Source: Octopus sinensis (lineage: Eukaryota). Taken from it: a stretch of 64,000 bases of DNA. Each line of letters opens with the position of its first letter. The stretch's first letter is position 1. The notes beneath the pieces are model-generated. The model was not told the origin of the DNA. It ran no database searches and worked only from the letters and a program-made list of their open reading frames with translations. Positions 38,165 through 52,270 of the stretch are shown piece after piece. The position numbers and the translations under genes are program-made. The DNA lies in assembly GCF_006345805.1 (NCBI RefSeq), contig NC_043007.1, positions 57,970,001 through 58,034,000 on the forward strand. Direction: 5' to 3'.

Positions 38165-38887
38165 CACGAATTCTCTCGAAAGTTAATTAAATTCTTATGA
38201 TATCAATGATATACATATGTGTGTGTGCGCGCGCGCGGGTGCAATTTGAATTATGCATCCTGCTCTTGTCCAGAAATGTTCTCAACTCTCTACTACTCTG
38301 TTAAACTGTTCACTTGTATTCAGAGAGAAGAGCGTTGCGCTAGTGATGATGACAGAATAAGGCTCTAAGCGTTGTGTCTTGGACCTTGTACAGCAAATCT
38401 TTGAATCCCGAAGTCTTCATATCACTGAAAAGGCTCATGTAGACGCATAGGCACCAGAGAGCTTCATTGCTGCTAAATTATTGCGCTTTCTGGATTTTGC
38501 GAGCTTCATTATGACTGCATCCTGCATCAAAGTAAACTTTGCTGCATCAGTTTCGTTGATGAGCTATTTCCTTTTTTATTTGTTTCGTCCTTTAAACCGC
38601 TGCCATGCTGGGGTACTGCCTTGAATATTTATTTTTTTTAACCCTGGTACTTATTCTATCGTTAATTTTTGACGAACCACTAGGTTACAGTGACATAGTG
38701 TCAAGCAGTGGTGGGGAACAAATATATACACAAAGACACACACACACACCACGAAGATAGATAGATAGAAGAAGAAGAAGAAGAAGAAGAAGAAGAAGAA
38801 GAAGAAGAAGGAAAAGAAGAAGAAGAAAGAAGAAGAAGAAGAAGAAGAAGAAGAAGAAGAAGAAGAAGAAGAAGAAGAAGAAGAAGA

Positions 38888-39225
38888 AACCCCATATTCG
38901 GTCATGAATAACCATGGGATTGCACCTAGAAAGTCCCCCACCAAAGGATCAAGTCCAGGTAAGGTTGATTATAGGAGACCAGCATTTGCCCTTGCATTCC
39001 AATCCTCCCTCTCCACAACACCGATGTAATACAAGGGAAAGGCAAAGGCCGATACAGCTTGGCACCAGTGATGTTGCATCTTATTTCTACAGCTGAGTGA
39101 AATGGAGCAATGTGAAATGAAGTGTCTTGCTCAAGAACACAACACAGTCCGGTTCAGGAGTCGAACTCACTATCTCATCCCGATTGTCTAATCACTGAGC
39201 CCGACACTCTAGCCACTGAGCCACG

Positions 39226-39230
<5 letters not shown>
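38888..39230 (-). mobile_element. CORE-type SINE, tail type A
   Basis: Reverse complement of the 2334-2667 family. Confidence 0.88.
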
Positions 39231-39256
<26 letters not shown>

Positions 39257-39466
39257 ATCAAGATTCAGTTCAAATTAGGTACTTAAAATGATGCACCTTG
39301 TTAGGTCGATCTGCACATCTTTGTTACTCATCTATATATATATATATGTGTGTTTCTTAAATGGCTTATAAACACCTTCCACGCTGCAACTGTTTTCGTT
39401 CCAGCACACGATCTCAGAGCAGGTCATTTGCCATGCAAGTACATCTCCGTATATATATATAATATT

Positions 39467-39533
<67 letters not shown>

Positions 39534-39579
39534 AGACCCAAGGATCAAGGAGTAGAAAGTTAGTGAACTTCAAGCAATC

Positions 39580-39800
39580 CATAGAAGACGTGAAAAACAA
39601 CTTTCAGAAACAATAATGATTTATTGGCGAAGAAAATTGTGAATTTTTCCAGTATCGAAGTGCGATATGTTTCAGGCTGCATATGTTTCAAAGCTAACGG
39701 AACATCAAAAGTAGTAGATTACCCAAATGTGGGATAGACCGCAAGTTACTCTTCAGACCAAAGATTCGATACAATCTCCAACGAGTTAACACGGAATCTC
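39580..39800 (+). pseudogene. Possible Tc1-like transposase N-terminal remnant
   Basis: RKQLSE..KKIVNF..SKVVDLPKCGIDRKL loosely resembles the Tc1 HTH/GRPRK region. Heavily decayed. Confidence 0.3.
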
Positions 39801-40044
39801 CTAACGACAATGTAAACTTCATATAATCAAGATGTTCTTGGCCTGAAGAGTAGCTTGCGGTCTACCCATAGTTTAGGTTATCTTCTACCTCTGAAGTTTG
39901 ACTAGCTATGAAACATATGTAGCTTGGATTTTATCGACTCCATTCACTAATTTTTGTATGTATGTATGTATGTATGTATGTATGTATGTATGTATATGTA
40001 TGTATGATGTATGTATGTATATTATACACATATATATATACATA

Positions 40045-40090
<46 letters not shown>

Positions 40091-40948
40091 TATTATATAG
40101 AAGGAGCTCTACAGGACTAGTACTGTTTCATTCAAAGAAATCTTCAGGAAGCTATTTAACAAGATTGTATTAGCATGTATGTGTGTGTGCGTTTTGTGTG
40201 TGTGGTGTGTATGTGTGTGCGTGTGTGTGTGTGTTTGTGTTTGTGTGTCTGTGTTTGTTCTCCCAACATCGCTGACAACTGATGCTGGTGTGTTTACGTA
40301 CTCCCCGTAACTTAGCGGTTCCGCCTAAGAGACCGATAGAATAAATAGTAGCCTACAAACAGAATAAGTTTTGGATCGTTTACTCGACTAAAGGCGGTGC
40401 TCCAGCATGTGACGGTCAAATGACTGAATAATTAAAAGAGTAAAAAGATTAAAAGACATGCATCACATCACATCACAGCAAAATAAGGAATTTACAGAGA
40501 AAATAGCAGCGTCTTGTTTTCACCTCAGTATTGTTGCTGCTATCGCTAAATAACAGTTTATGTTGCTGTGATTATTATTTGTTAAAATGACACTACTTAT
40601 ATACAACTTATGAACCAGAAGAATGGAATGTACATATGTCTCTCATTTTATAACGATTAAGCTTCCATAGTCGCATGATTGATTACTTTTATTAATAATG
40701 ACAAGACAGAATCAAGATACTAATACTAATAATATAGTTACACCGCCTTTTATTATATTAACTCAAAAGGACGACAGCTAAGTTCAATCTCAACAGGGTT
40801 TACTCTGCTATGTATTGAGTACCTTACTTACTGTGGTTAACCCCGGATCAACCCGGGACCTACATATATATATATATATATATATATATGCATAATATAT
40901 ACATAGATACATATACACATACACACACACACACACACATATATGTAT

Positions 40949-41256
40949 GTCGGTTACGACGACGAATGCTCCAGCTAATCTGATCAACGTAACAGTTTGC
41001 TCGTGAAATTAACGTACAAGTGGTTGAGTACTTCACAGACACGCGTACCATTAACGTAGTTATAAGGGTGGTTCAGCGTGATAGAGAATGTAACAAGGCT
41101 GGCCCTTTGAATTAAAGGTACTACTCATTTTTGCCAACTGAGTAAACTGGAGCGATATGAAATAAAGTGACTTGCTCAAGGACACAACACACCCCCCAGG
41201 AATTGAACTCACCACTTTAGAAACCTGAGCCGAATACCCTAATTACTAAGCCACAT
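40949..41256 (-). mobile_element. CORE-type SINE, tail type B
   Basis: Reverse complement of the 26331-26641 family. Confidence 0.85.
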
Positions 41257-41721
41257 CCCAACAAATAGGCCACACGTGTATGTGAGTGTGTGTGTATGTA
41301 TACGCATACACGAATATGTATATATATATATATGAATATGTATGTATGTATGTATTTATATATATATAAACACTCGCGCACAGCAATACATATATAATGT
41401 TACTAAATTTCATATCGAGGAAGAAATCAAATGAAAACAATAAAATTCTTATTTTATTGTAGTATAAAAATCGGTAAATGATAGAAACTGTCTTTTCAAC
41501 ATCAAAGTAAACATCGCATAAAATTTCCCTCTATCTCAAAAACAGCAATTCATATTTATAATTGTCTAATTATTTTTAGATGTATTTTATTTAAATATCG
41601 ACAAATGCTGTTTGTATCATTTATATTTAAGTATCTATAAAGAGGTGAAATAAAGAAATATTTTATTTCGGTGAAAATTGTTTTTGTTTGTTTGCTTGTT
41701 ATTATTGTTATTGTTATATTC

Positions 41722-42090
41722 TAAGGTGAGGCAGTGTGCTGGCAGAATCATTAGCATGCCGAGCAAAATGCTTAGCGGCATTTCGTCAGTCTTTACGCTT
41801 TAAGTTCAAATTCCACCGAGGTCGATTTTTGCTTTTCCTCTTTTCCGAGTCTATAAAGCACCAGTTGAGTACTGGGGTCCATTTGATCGACGTATCCCCC
41901 TTCTCTAAACCTGCTGACCTTGTGCCAAAATTTGAAATTATTACATTATATTATTATATTATTATAAATTGTGCCGGGAACAATTTTGCCTTTCGCCATT
42001 TCGAGATTGACAAAATAAGTACCACCTGAGTACTAGAGTCGATGTAATCGACTAAACACCACTCAACAAATTTCAGTCCTTGTGCCTATT
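41722..42090 (+). mobile_element. Two Meta/MESC-like SINE copies (second is 5'-truncated)
   Basis: ggcagaatcattagc head, ttttgcttttcctc..agcaccagttgagtactgg; second core at ~41985-42050. Confidence 0.75.
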
Positions 42091-42214
42091 TTAATGTACG
42101 TCACTATTGCTTACTTTTATACAAGCTGTTCCAAGTCCCACTCACAGACTTCAGGAAGCAGCGAAATTGGCCTTTTTATTGTGGGTGTTATTTATGAGCA
42201 GCAATGATATATTT

Positions 42215-42520
42215 ATTTCAAAGACAGGAAACATGATGCTGAGAATTAAGATTCGTTAAAAGGTTTCCTGTTATATTTGCGATTTTAAAACGTTTAAATA
42301 TTCCCAAACTGACAATGTATTTCTTAGGGGGTGGGGGTCTGTACACATGAAAACAATTTGGAAATTTGGGTTTTCCAGATATTTGGCCAAAGTATTTAAG
42401 AGCGCCATTTGATATTATCCCCAAAGCTCTGAAAGCAGGTATTGTTAACGTTCTTGGATGCCGAATTGTTGAGAACAGTATTTCGAGGTCCTTATATATA
42501 CTTCTCAAAAACTTCCCTTC
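42215..42520 (-). pseudogene. R4/Dong-like LINE C-terminal (restriction-like endonuclease) fragment
   Basis: YKDLEI..RTLTIPAFRALGII..KYFGQISG resembles the KY.DL.IE..TIP..GALG.I end of R4/Dong ORFs. Family assignment from memory. Confidence 0.5.
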
Positions 42521-43584
42521 CAGTGTGTTTACGTCCCCTTGTCTCAGTTGCTCGGCAAAAGAGTCCGATAGAATAAGTATCAGGCTTGAAAAGGAAATGA
42601 ATACTGGGTTCGATTAGTTCGACTAAAATTCCTCAAGACGGTGCCCCAGCATGGACGCAGTCTAATGACTGAAACAAGTAAAAGAAAGATTGATAACAGT
42701 ATATAATTCCTTACGTCAACAAACTCCGTCTCAGTACATATTCTTGGTGCAGCCTGAACGAAGAGTGCAGAGCCCATAACGTTTTCTAGGATCCACGATG
42801 CTAATAAGTTTAATGGGGAAGAGAACATAATGCATAACTTTTTGCATTAAGGAGAGTGTATTCGAGTATCAAGTTACTCTCAACCGTTTGAATTATCACA
42901 ATAAAGTGAACTCCTCTGTAGACATTCTAGTGCTTGTGGTATTTCATACTTTGACCCTGAGGTGAACGTATAGCATTGGAATTTGAACGCAAAATGTTAT
43001 AAGCTTCATCCCATGACATTTATTTAAACCCTGTTGAGATTGAACTTAGCTGTCGTCTTTTGGAGTTAATATAATAAAAGGCGTGTAACTATATATATTA
43101 GTATTAGTATCATTGATTCTGTCTTGTCATTATTAATAAAGTAATCAATCATGCGACTAATGGAAGCTTAATCGTTATAAAATGAGAGACATATGTACAT
43201 TCCATTCTTCTGGGTTCATAAGTTGTATATAAGTAGTGTCATTTTAACAAATAATAATCACAGCAACATAAACTGTTATTTAGCGAATAGCAGCAACAAT
43301 ACTGAAAAGGTGAAAACAAGACGCTGCTATTTTCTCTGTAAATTTCCTTATTTTGCTGTGATGTGATGTGATGCATGTCTTTTTACTCTTTTTACTCTTT
43401 TACTTATTTCAGTCATTTGACCGTCACCATGCTGGAGCACCGCCTTTAGTCGAGTAAATCGATCCCAAAACTTATTCTTTGTAGGGCTACTATTTATTCT
43501 ATCGGTCTCTTAGGCGGAACCGCTAAGTTACGGGGACGTAAACACACCAGCATCAGTTGTCAAGCGATGTTGGGAGAACAAACA

Positions 43585-44764
43585 CAGACACACAAACACA
43601 AACACACACACACACGCACACACATACACACACACACACAAACGCACACACACACATACACACACACATACACACACATATACACACATACACACACACA
43701 TACACACATACACGCATGCACACATACATACACACACACACATACATACACTACATACATAGATACCTACATATACACACATACATATACATACATATGT
43801 ACACACATGCACATACACACATACACGCATGCATAAATACATACATACACACATACGTACATACATACATACATACACACACACTTACACACATACACAC
43901 ACATACATACGTACGTACATACATACATACACACACACACATACATACACACACACACATACATACATACATACATACATACACACATACAGACACACAT
44001 ACACATATACATACATACACACACGCATACATACACACATACACACACACATATACACATACATACATACACACACGCATACATATACATACATACATAC
44101 ATACATACACACATACACACAAACATACACACACACATACACACATACACACATACACACATACATACACACACACATATAAACATATAAACACACATAT
44201 AAGCCTCTACATTGTACACACACGCACACATATATACATACATTCACTCGCACGCACGTACACACACACGCACACACACACACATTTACATATATATACT
44301 ATACACTCACACACACATACACACGTACAAACACACACAAACTCACATACACACCGACAGATATACATACACAATATACACCTAACCGCGCGCGCACATA
44401 TACACACAAACACATACAACCGCACACATACACACACACACATACACGTACATACATACACACTCACACAAATGAACCCACACATACATCCCTACACGCA
44501 CACGCGCACGTACAAGCACACACGCACACTCTACGCATACACACACGAACACACACATGCATACACGCACACTACCAACAACACACACACATGATACATA
44601 TACTCCTTTGTTTTTTGACCTGGCTTTGACCTGGCTGGATACAAACAAGCTAGTAGTCATAAAGGAGTGCCTTATGACAGCTAACTTGCCATTGCTTATT
44701 ATTCACCAAAAATACACACACACACACACACGCACGCACAAACACACTTGTCATCCTTGCACAC

Positions 44765-44796
<32 letters not shown>

Positions 44797-44810
44797 TTCC
44801 TTTTTTTTTA
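43585..44810. repeat. ~1.2-kb degenerate (CA)/(CATA) microsatellite
   Basis: Direct reading; it generates the spurious 345-aa THIH ORF. Confidence 0.95.
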
Positions 44811-44839
44811 AACTCTCTTGCTTTTAAAAACCATGATTC

Positions 44840-45087
44840 GTCTACCTCTCAACTTCTTTTCTTTCAACATGTGATATCTTGAGCACCACCAGCAAAAATA
44901 TTTTTTCCTCTGTCTTCCCTTCTTGGGATCTTTCCTTCTCCTTGTTTCCGACGAAGAGCTCCGCTCGAAACGTTAAACCCTCCTTCCCTTCTTTCCTGAG
45001 CGTCAATAATACTTTAATTGTTCCACGTCCTCACGTTGCTGTGTTTTTTTTCTCTTTTTTTTCTGTGTTTTCTTGTTTGGATTAACT

Positions 45088-45090
<3 letters not shown>
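44840..45090 (+). mobile_element. Solo PLE pLTR related to the 15.4-21.9 kb element, with minimal HHR at 44944-44978
   Basis: gttt-CCGACGA-a-gagc-tcc-gctc-GAA-acgt-t-aaac, followed by tttcctgagcg..ttgtt as at 17248. Confidence 0.7.
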
Positions 45091-45120
<30 letters not shown>

Positions 45121-45516
45121 CGACGGGTTTCTTTCAGTTTCCGTCTACCAAATCCACTCACAAGGCTTTGGTTGGCCCGAGGCTATAGTAGAAGACACTT
45201 GCCCAAGGTGCCACGCAATGGGACGGAACCCAGAACCATGTGGCTGGTAAGTAACCTACTTACCACACAGACATCTTTTTTCTTTTACCTTTTACTTGTT
45301 TCTGTTATTAGTAAGCGGCTATGCTGGGGCAACGCCTTGAAGAATTTGTAGTCTAATGAATCGACCCCAGGATTTAATTTTATTTTTGTTAAGCCTGATA
45401 CTTATTCAGTCGGTCTCTTGTGCCGAACTGCTAAGTTATCGAGACGTAAACACACCAACACCGGTTGTCACTTGGTGGTGGGGGACAAACACAGACACGA
45501 ACGCACATAAACACAG

Positions 45517-45547
<31 letters not shown>

Positions 45548-45548
45548 C

Positions 45549-45598
<50 letters not shown>

Positions 45599-48492
45599 TA
45601 TAATATAAATAATATATAGATATATGCATATATACATACATATATCTACATACCTACATCTATATGTATATATACATGCATATATGGGAACAGGACATCA
45701 AAAAAAAAACGTTCAACACAATGAGAAACGAAAACATAAAAACAAAAACATAGAAACGAACTTTTTTCAAGCAACGAAAGAACAGAGTACAAGATATACA
45801 ATACAAGGAATATTCACCTTCTTCAGTTGTCCCTGTTTCGTCTACTCCGCGTTCGAAGGTAAGGACAAGACGCGACTTATGTGAAACAATCCTTCCCGCA
45901 AAGCAAATTAAATAAAATTCGAGATTTTTTGAGGAGGGGTAAAAGTGGTAACAAGAACAGGACAGTAAGAATAAAACAGTAAAAACAATACAAGTAAAAA
46001 CAGTAAAAGATAGAACAAAGAGAATAACACGGTAAAAACAAACGATGAGGGCTGTTAAGTCAAGACGATGGAAAAATTATTTTGAACGCATTAAGGAGAC
46101 AGCTTATGAGAGGGACAGAATATGCCGTCATGACTCGTGGAAGATAGCAGTTGGAAAGATGGTTTCCCTCTGGTCACGTGTCAGTGACGTTAGAGTCGAG
46201 GAGAGAGGGAACTGTAAAGGGGAGAGAAGAATAGGGAAGGGTGGGAGAGAAGACCAGAAAGGATGAAGAATAAGAGAGGGAGAGAGATAGACAGAGAAGA
46301 AATAGTAAAATTTGAAGAGTGGCATCATAATTATTAAGATAAAACTTACTTGAAAAAAGATGCGTGGCGTTCGATCCCATTCGCCGTTCCCTCTCTCTTA
46401 CTCCTCCTACTCCTCGACTCTCTCGTCACTGACACGTGACGCATGTATTTATGTAGCATGTATGTACGTACGCATGGGTGTTTTTGGAAACTTCTGTCTC
46501 CATAATGTGATTATTTTTACTGAAGAAACTGCATTGAAATTGAACTATTCCAATTTCATGAAAGATTTGAGGAAGTTACCTGCCCTGAATAGGGTGACTC
46601 TCTCCTACCACAGGTTTTTCCAGTGTAATTATGAAGTCAAGATTACGGAAATAATGAGTTATTGGTGCCTTACATAATACTTCAGTCACTAGCAACTGTA
46701 AATCATACTTGACAAATGCACGTGGCTGAACCGTGGAACTCAGTGCAGTGGCAGCAGATACAAGTGAAGGTCCTTCCTATCATCGACGAGTAAACTGACA
46801 CAGTATTTATTCAAACTGTTGCATCATTCAATGTAAGACTCAAATATTGCCAATGCTTACGCATGTATTGTAGTCACGAAGAAAAGATCGGAAACTAGAT
46901 ATATTGAATATCTGTTAACATTCGCCAACAGGCAGCTCTGAACAGTTGCCTGTACACAATTAAAAATAAAGACTAGCCACCAAGCATTTATAGAAGTAAA
47001 CATTGGATTTTACAGTAATGTGAATATGACATACTGACAAATGCAAAGAAATATTTTCCTGTGCACACACACACACACACACACCACACACACACACACT
47101 CACACACTCACACGCATGTATATAGTTTCGTATTTAGCACTAAAACTTCGTTGTTCATGTTTCCTGCTCAGATATGTCTGAGTGTGTAACTCAGAATGTT
47201 TTAGGCTTTACAAGGAGTAGTGGTGTTCCAGCATGACATGGCCCTATGACTGAAACAAATAAAACAGTAAAAGAGTATATTTCACTCTACACTTCTCTCA
47301 AGTGTGAGTATAACACACAGAGCGAACTGGCAGAGCCGTTAAAGTCTTGTGGCATTTATTCCGACTCCGTACAATCTAAGCTCCTACACTCGTCTTGTTG
47401 GGTGATAGACTTAATCTGACAATCCACCACCTGGCCATTGAGTGCCTTTTGCAAAGCCTACTTTGTTACAAGTAACTGAGTCCATGTCCCCTGTTAGAGA
47501 ATACATTTACCCTTCCCTCTCCGTGTATGTATAGTGTTAATAATAAAGTTGTATATAGTGTTAATAATTAAGTTGGCTGACAATAATCAACGAACGTATT
47601 TAGGATTAACAGTTTACTTGATTAACAGCAGGTACACACTGCACACATATTTTTTTTAAGAACCCGGAAACAAGAAACAACTCTCTCAACACCTCAGTAG
47701 GCTAAAACACGAATGCACTTCGAACATTAGTCTCCAGTGATCACAGGTAAAATTTCTCATGTCCTGGAAGGCTTATATTATACAGCTCTTGTACCTGTGA
47801 ACAGCTTTTCATGTTGATGTTTACTCTCAAATTTTGAAAATACAAAACAAGTTAATTCTCCAAAACTTTATTCTCCCTACAAGTTGAGTATATAACAGTT
47901 CTTTGGGTTATCGTTTTGAAATTCTTTTATCATTTTCCAAGTTTCTCAATGTTTCATACGTACTTTGAATTTCCTCCATGAAACTTTGTTCACATTTACG
48001 ATTTATTTTACATTACTGAATATTATTTATGTAAGCTACGGTTTTGCACGTACTGACAATATAGGTCTTTTCTTTTCCTTTTCTTTTTCCTCTTCGTTAG
48101 ATTACTGAGACTTTTATTCGCTCTATACTTTACCTTATAATGCAAGATTCCATAAACGCTAAAACTTTCACTTGTTTTCTTTATATTTTTCTTTATATAT
48201 TTTTGAATAATCACAAATGTGTGTATTAATTGTGATACAAACTTACATTTGCATGACTTACACTTACACTTGCATGGCTTAAGCTTTGAGACAAGCATAT
48301 GACTACTGGCAAGGTCAACCAGGTATCATTATGTGATTTTTATAACATTGTGTACATTTGAGCTTGTATACATATTGCAATTCTCTAATTTCGTTACTTC
48401 TGAAAGACTTAGTGAAATTTAGATATGAATTTTGCGTTTTATTCATAGTTTATTATCTCTTTATCTAAGAAATAATGTAAGTTATAATTATC

Positions 48493-48879
48493 TATTTCTT
48501 TACTACCCACAAGGGGCTAAACACAGAGGGGACAAACAAAGACAGACAAACGGATTAAGTCGATTATATCGACACCAGTGCGTAACTGGTACTTATTTAA
48601 TCGACCCCGAAAGGATGAAAGGCAAAGTCGACCTCGGCGGAATTTGAACTCAGAACGTAACGGCAGACGAAATACTTATTTCTTTACTACCCACAAGGGG
48701 CTACACACAGAGAGGACAAACAAGGATAGACAAACGGATTAAGTCGATTATATCGACTCCAGTGCGTAACTGGTACTTATTTAATCGACCCCGAAAGGAT
48801 GAGAGGCAAAGTCGACCTCGGCGGAATTTCAACTCAGAACATAACGGCAAACTAACGATTCTCCCAGCTCGCCGCCTTC
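48493..48879 (-). mobile_element. Head-to-tail Meta/MESC-like SINE dimer within one 23-bp TSD
   Basis: aaataatgtaagttataattatc at 48470-48492 and 48880-48902. Confidence 0.88.
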
Positions 48880-49281
48880 AAATAATGTAAGTTATAATTA
48901 TCGTAGATCTATGCGTTTTTTAAAACTTTATTTACAATTTTCTCCCTTCGGTAAACTTCGTAAATAAGGACCATTACTTGTTAGTCACTTTGAATAATCT
49001 TTATATCAATAACAATAAATAAATGAGAGGAGTTATTATATATTATCATTATATATAATTTACATATTTTTTTCTTTGAGTAATTATATATATATTAAAA
49101 ATAGCACATAAATAAGTAGTTAGTTGATATACTAGAAATACGTTTTTTTTTTCAAACATGTATAAGTATATTTATAGAATAATGATTTACACGATTTATC
49201 CATCTCTAAAACTAAATAAAACACTTATACTTTATTTATTTACATATCCTTATTGTTATTTAGATATCATCATCATCATCA

Positions 49282-49338
<57 letters not shown>

Positions 49339-50033
49339 TATTATTATTATTATTAAATAAACATAGACGCACATAGAGATATAAGTATGCGCAAATAAAG
49401 ACATACAATAGAAATACAAAATGGCTGACAGTTAGTAAGGAGAGACACAAATAAGAAAGAAGAAAACAAAGGACCACTGATGCGGTCACAGGAGTGTGAC
49501 GAAAGAACTCTGGCCGAAATAAGATTAAGATTAATGTAAAAAATAAATAACACTGAAGCAAAATAATACCAAATATATAGTGCGTGTGTTTTTATTGGCT
49601 AAACTGGCAATATGACCATTCCGAAATATAACAATATTATTATCATTATTATTATTAATATTAAAATGGCCAATGATTATTTTCTATTTAAATCCATTTA
49701 GATTAATAGTTATGGACATATATAAAAACACTTCTTGACTGTTGTAAATTTTCTTTACTTGATTATTTTATGCATTTGTATTTTGTTGTTCTTTTATTGT
49801 ACTTATTATTAGGTTTTTGAATTGTTAACGCTCACGCTCCTAAACATAGATATTTTTGAATCAGTATTTTGCAGTCTTGCAGTCGTTTTACACGGAATTT
49901 CTTCGGTCCTTTTGAACCAAGGCCCTGAACAGACTTGCATGCGTATATATGAATTGTTTATAGATCAAATAACGTATATAAGTCGAAACAAATTGTTGGC
50001 TTCTTTGTGTTTTATTTTTAAATTGGTTATATT

Positions 50034-50490
<457 letters not shown>

Positions 50491-50752
50491 GCAACTTACC
50501 ACCTCACCTTATATTATATTACATTTTATAGTAAATTATATTATATTATAAGGTAAATAAATTGTTAGATTATCAATTCTATTTTTCTATTTAATTTATT
50601 ATTTGTAATTTGTATTCATACCCCTGCTTCTGTAGTATTCAACTACCATACCAGTGAATTTGATGTTCTACACCCCTTTGAAGAAATCGTTTTTTCCTTC
50701 GTCTGTTATATATACACACACACACACACACACCACACACACACACACACAC

Positions 50753-50839
<87 letters not shown>

Positions 50840-51185
50840 GACAGGCTTTTTTCAGTTTCCGTCTACCAGATCCACTCACAAGGCTTTGGTCGGCCGAGGC
50901 AATAGTAGAAGACACTTGCCAAGACACTGAACCCGGAACCATGTGGTTGGTAAGCATGCAACTTACCACCTCACCTTATATTATATTACATTTTATAGTA
51001 AATTATATTATATTATAAGGTAAATAAATTGTTAGATTATCAATTCTATTTTTCTATTTAATTTATTATTTGTAATTTGTATTCATACCCCTGCTTCTGT
51101 AGTATTCAACTACCATACCAGTGAATTTGATGTTCTACACCCCTTTGAAGAAATCGTTTTTTCCTTCGTCTGTTATATATACACA

Positions 51186-51252
<67 letters not shown>

Positions 51253-51586
51253 GTTGGAATTAAAAAAAAAAAAGAATAAATAGATAGATACAAAACGAAG
51301 ACGGGTGTGTAAACAACAAACAGATGTATTAGTTTAACGCTCAGGAAGGGAGATAGATAAATCGTGTAAATCATTCTTTATTCTATAAATATGCCTATAC
51401 ATGTTCGAAAGAACGTATTTCAAGTATATCTACTAACTACTTATTTATGTGCTATTTTTCATATATTTATAATCACTCAAAGAAAAATATATAAATTATA
51501 TAAACGATAATGTATAATAACACCTCTCATTTAATTTTCTTTATTGATATAAAGATTATTCAAAATATCTAACAAGTAATTGCCCT

Positions 51587-51619
<33 letters not shown>

Positions 51620-51621
51620 TA

Positions 51622-51657
<36 letters not shown>

Positions 51658-52179
51658 TGTATGTATGTATGTATGTATATATACACACACACACACTAAT
51701 CTTTTTCTCTTGTATATTACTGTATGTTCTATATGGTTATATGGTTTGTACTCTGATACATTAAGGAGATTTTTTTATTTATTTTACATTAACCTGAAAG
51801 ACCATTCAATTATTTTGGGGGAACACATATTATTATTTAACAAGAATAGTATTGACAGTGACTTCGAGGGTTTCGGCCTGCTTAGTTTTCTTCAGAGTCT
51901 CTAACGAAAGCTAGGCGAGCCGAAACTTTGAAGACACTGTCAATAGTATTCGTATTAACTAACGATATGTACTCTACAAAAAGTATTGTGTAATCTTTCA
52001 GGTTAATGTAAAATTATTTTCATTATAACTTTTATTATATCTCTTTCTCTCTGTCTCTCTACCTCCACCCCTCCCCTCTCTCTCTCTATATATATGCATG
52101 CATGTATACATGTAAATATGTATGAATGTATGTATGCATGCCCGTGTACGTTTCTATGTGTGTGTCTGTATATATACGA

Positions 52180-52180
52180 A

Positions 52181-52270
<90 letters not shown>
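52180..52270. repeat. (GATA)n microsatellite
   Basis: Direct reading. A longer one lies at 56703-56922. Confidence 0.97.

Noticed and set aside
38280-38560. Moderately GC-balanced unique stretch that might be coding
   Set aside because: Stops in all frames examined and no motif recognised.
43557-44594. 345-aa ORF and the many [12 protein letters not shown]/poly-I/poly-S ORFs across the window
   Set aside because: These are translations of di-, tri- and tetranucleotide microsatellites with no protein signal.
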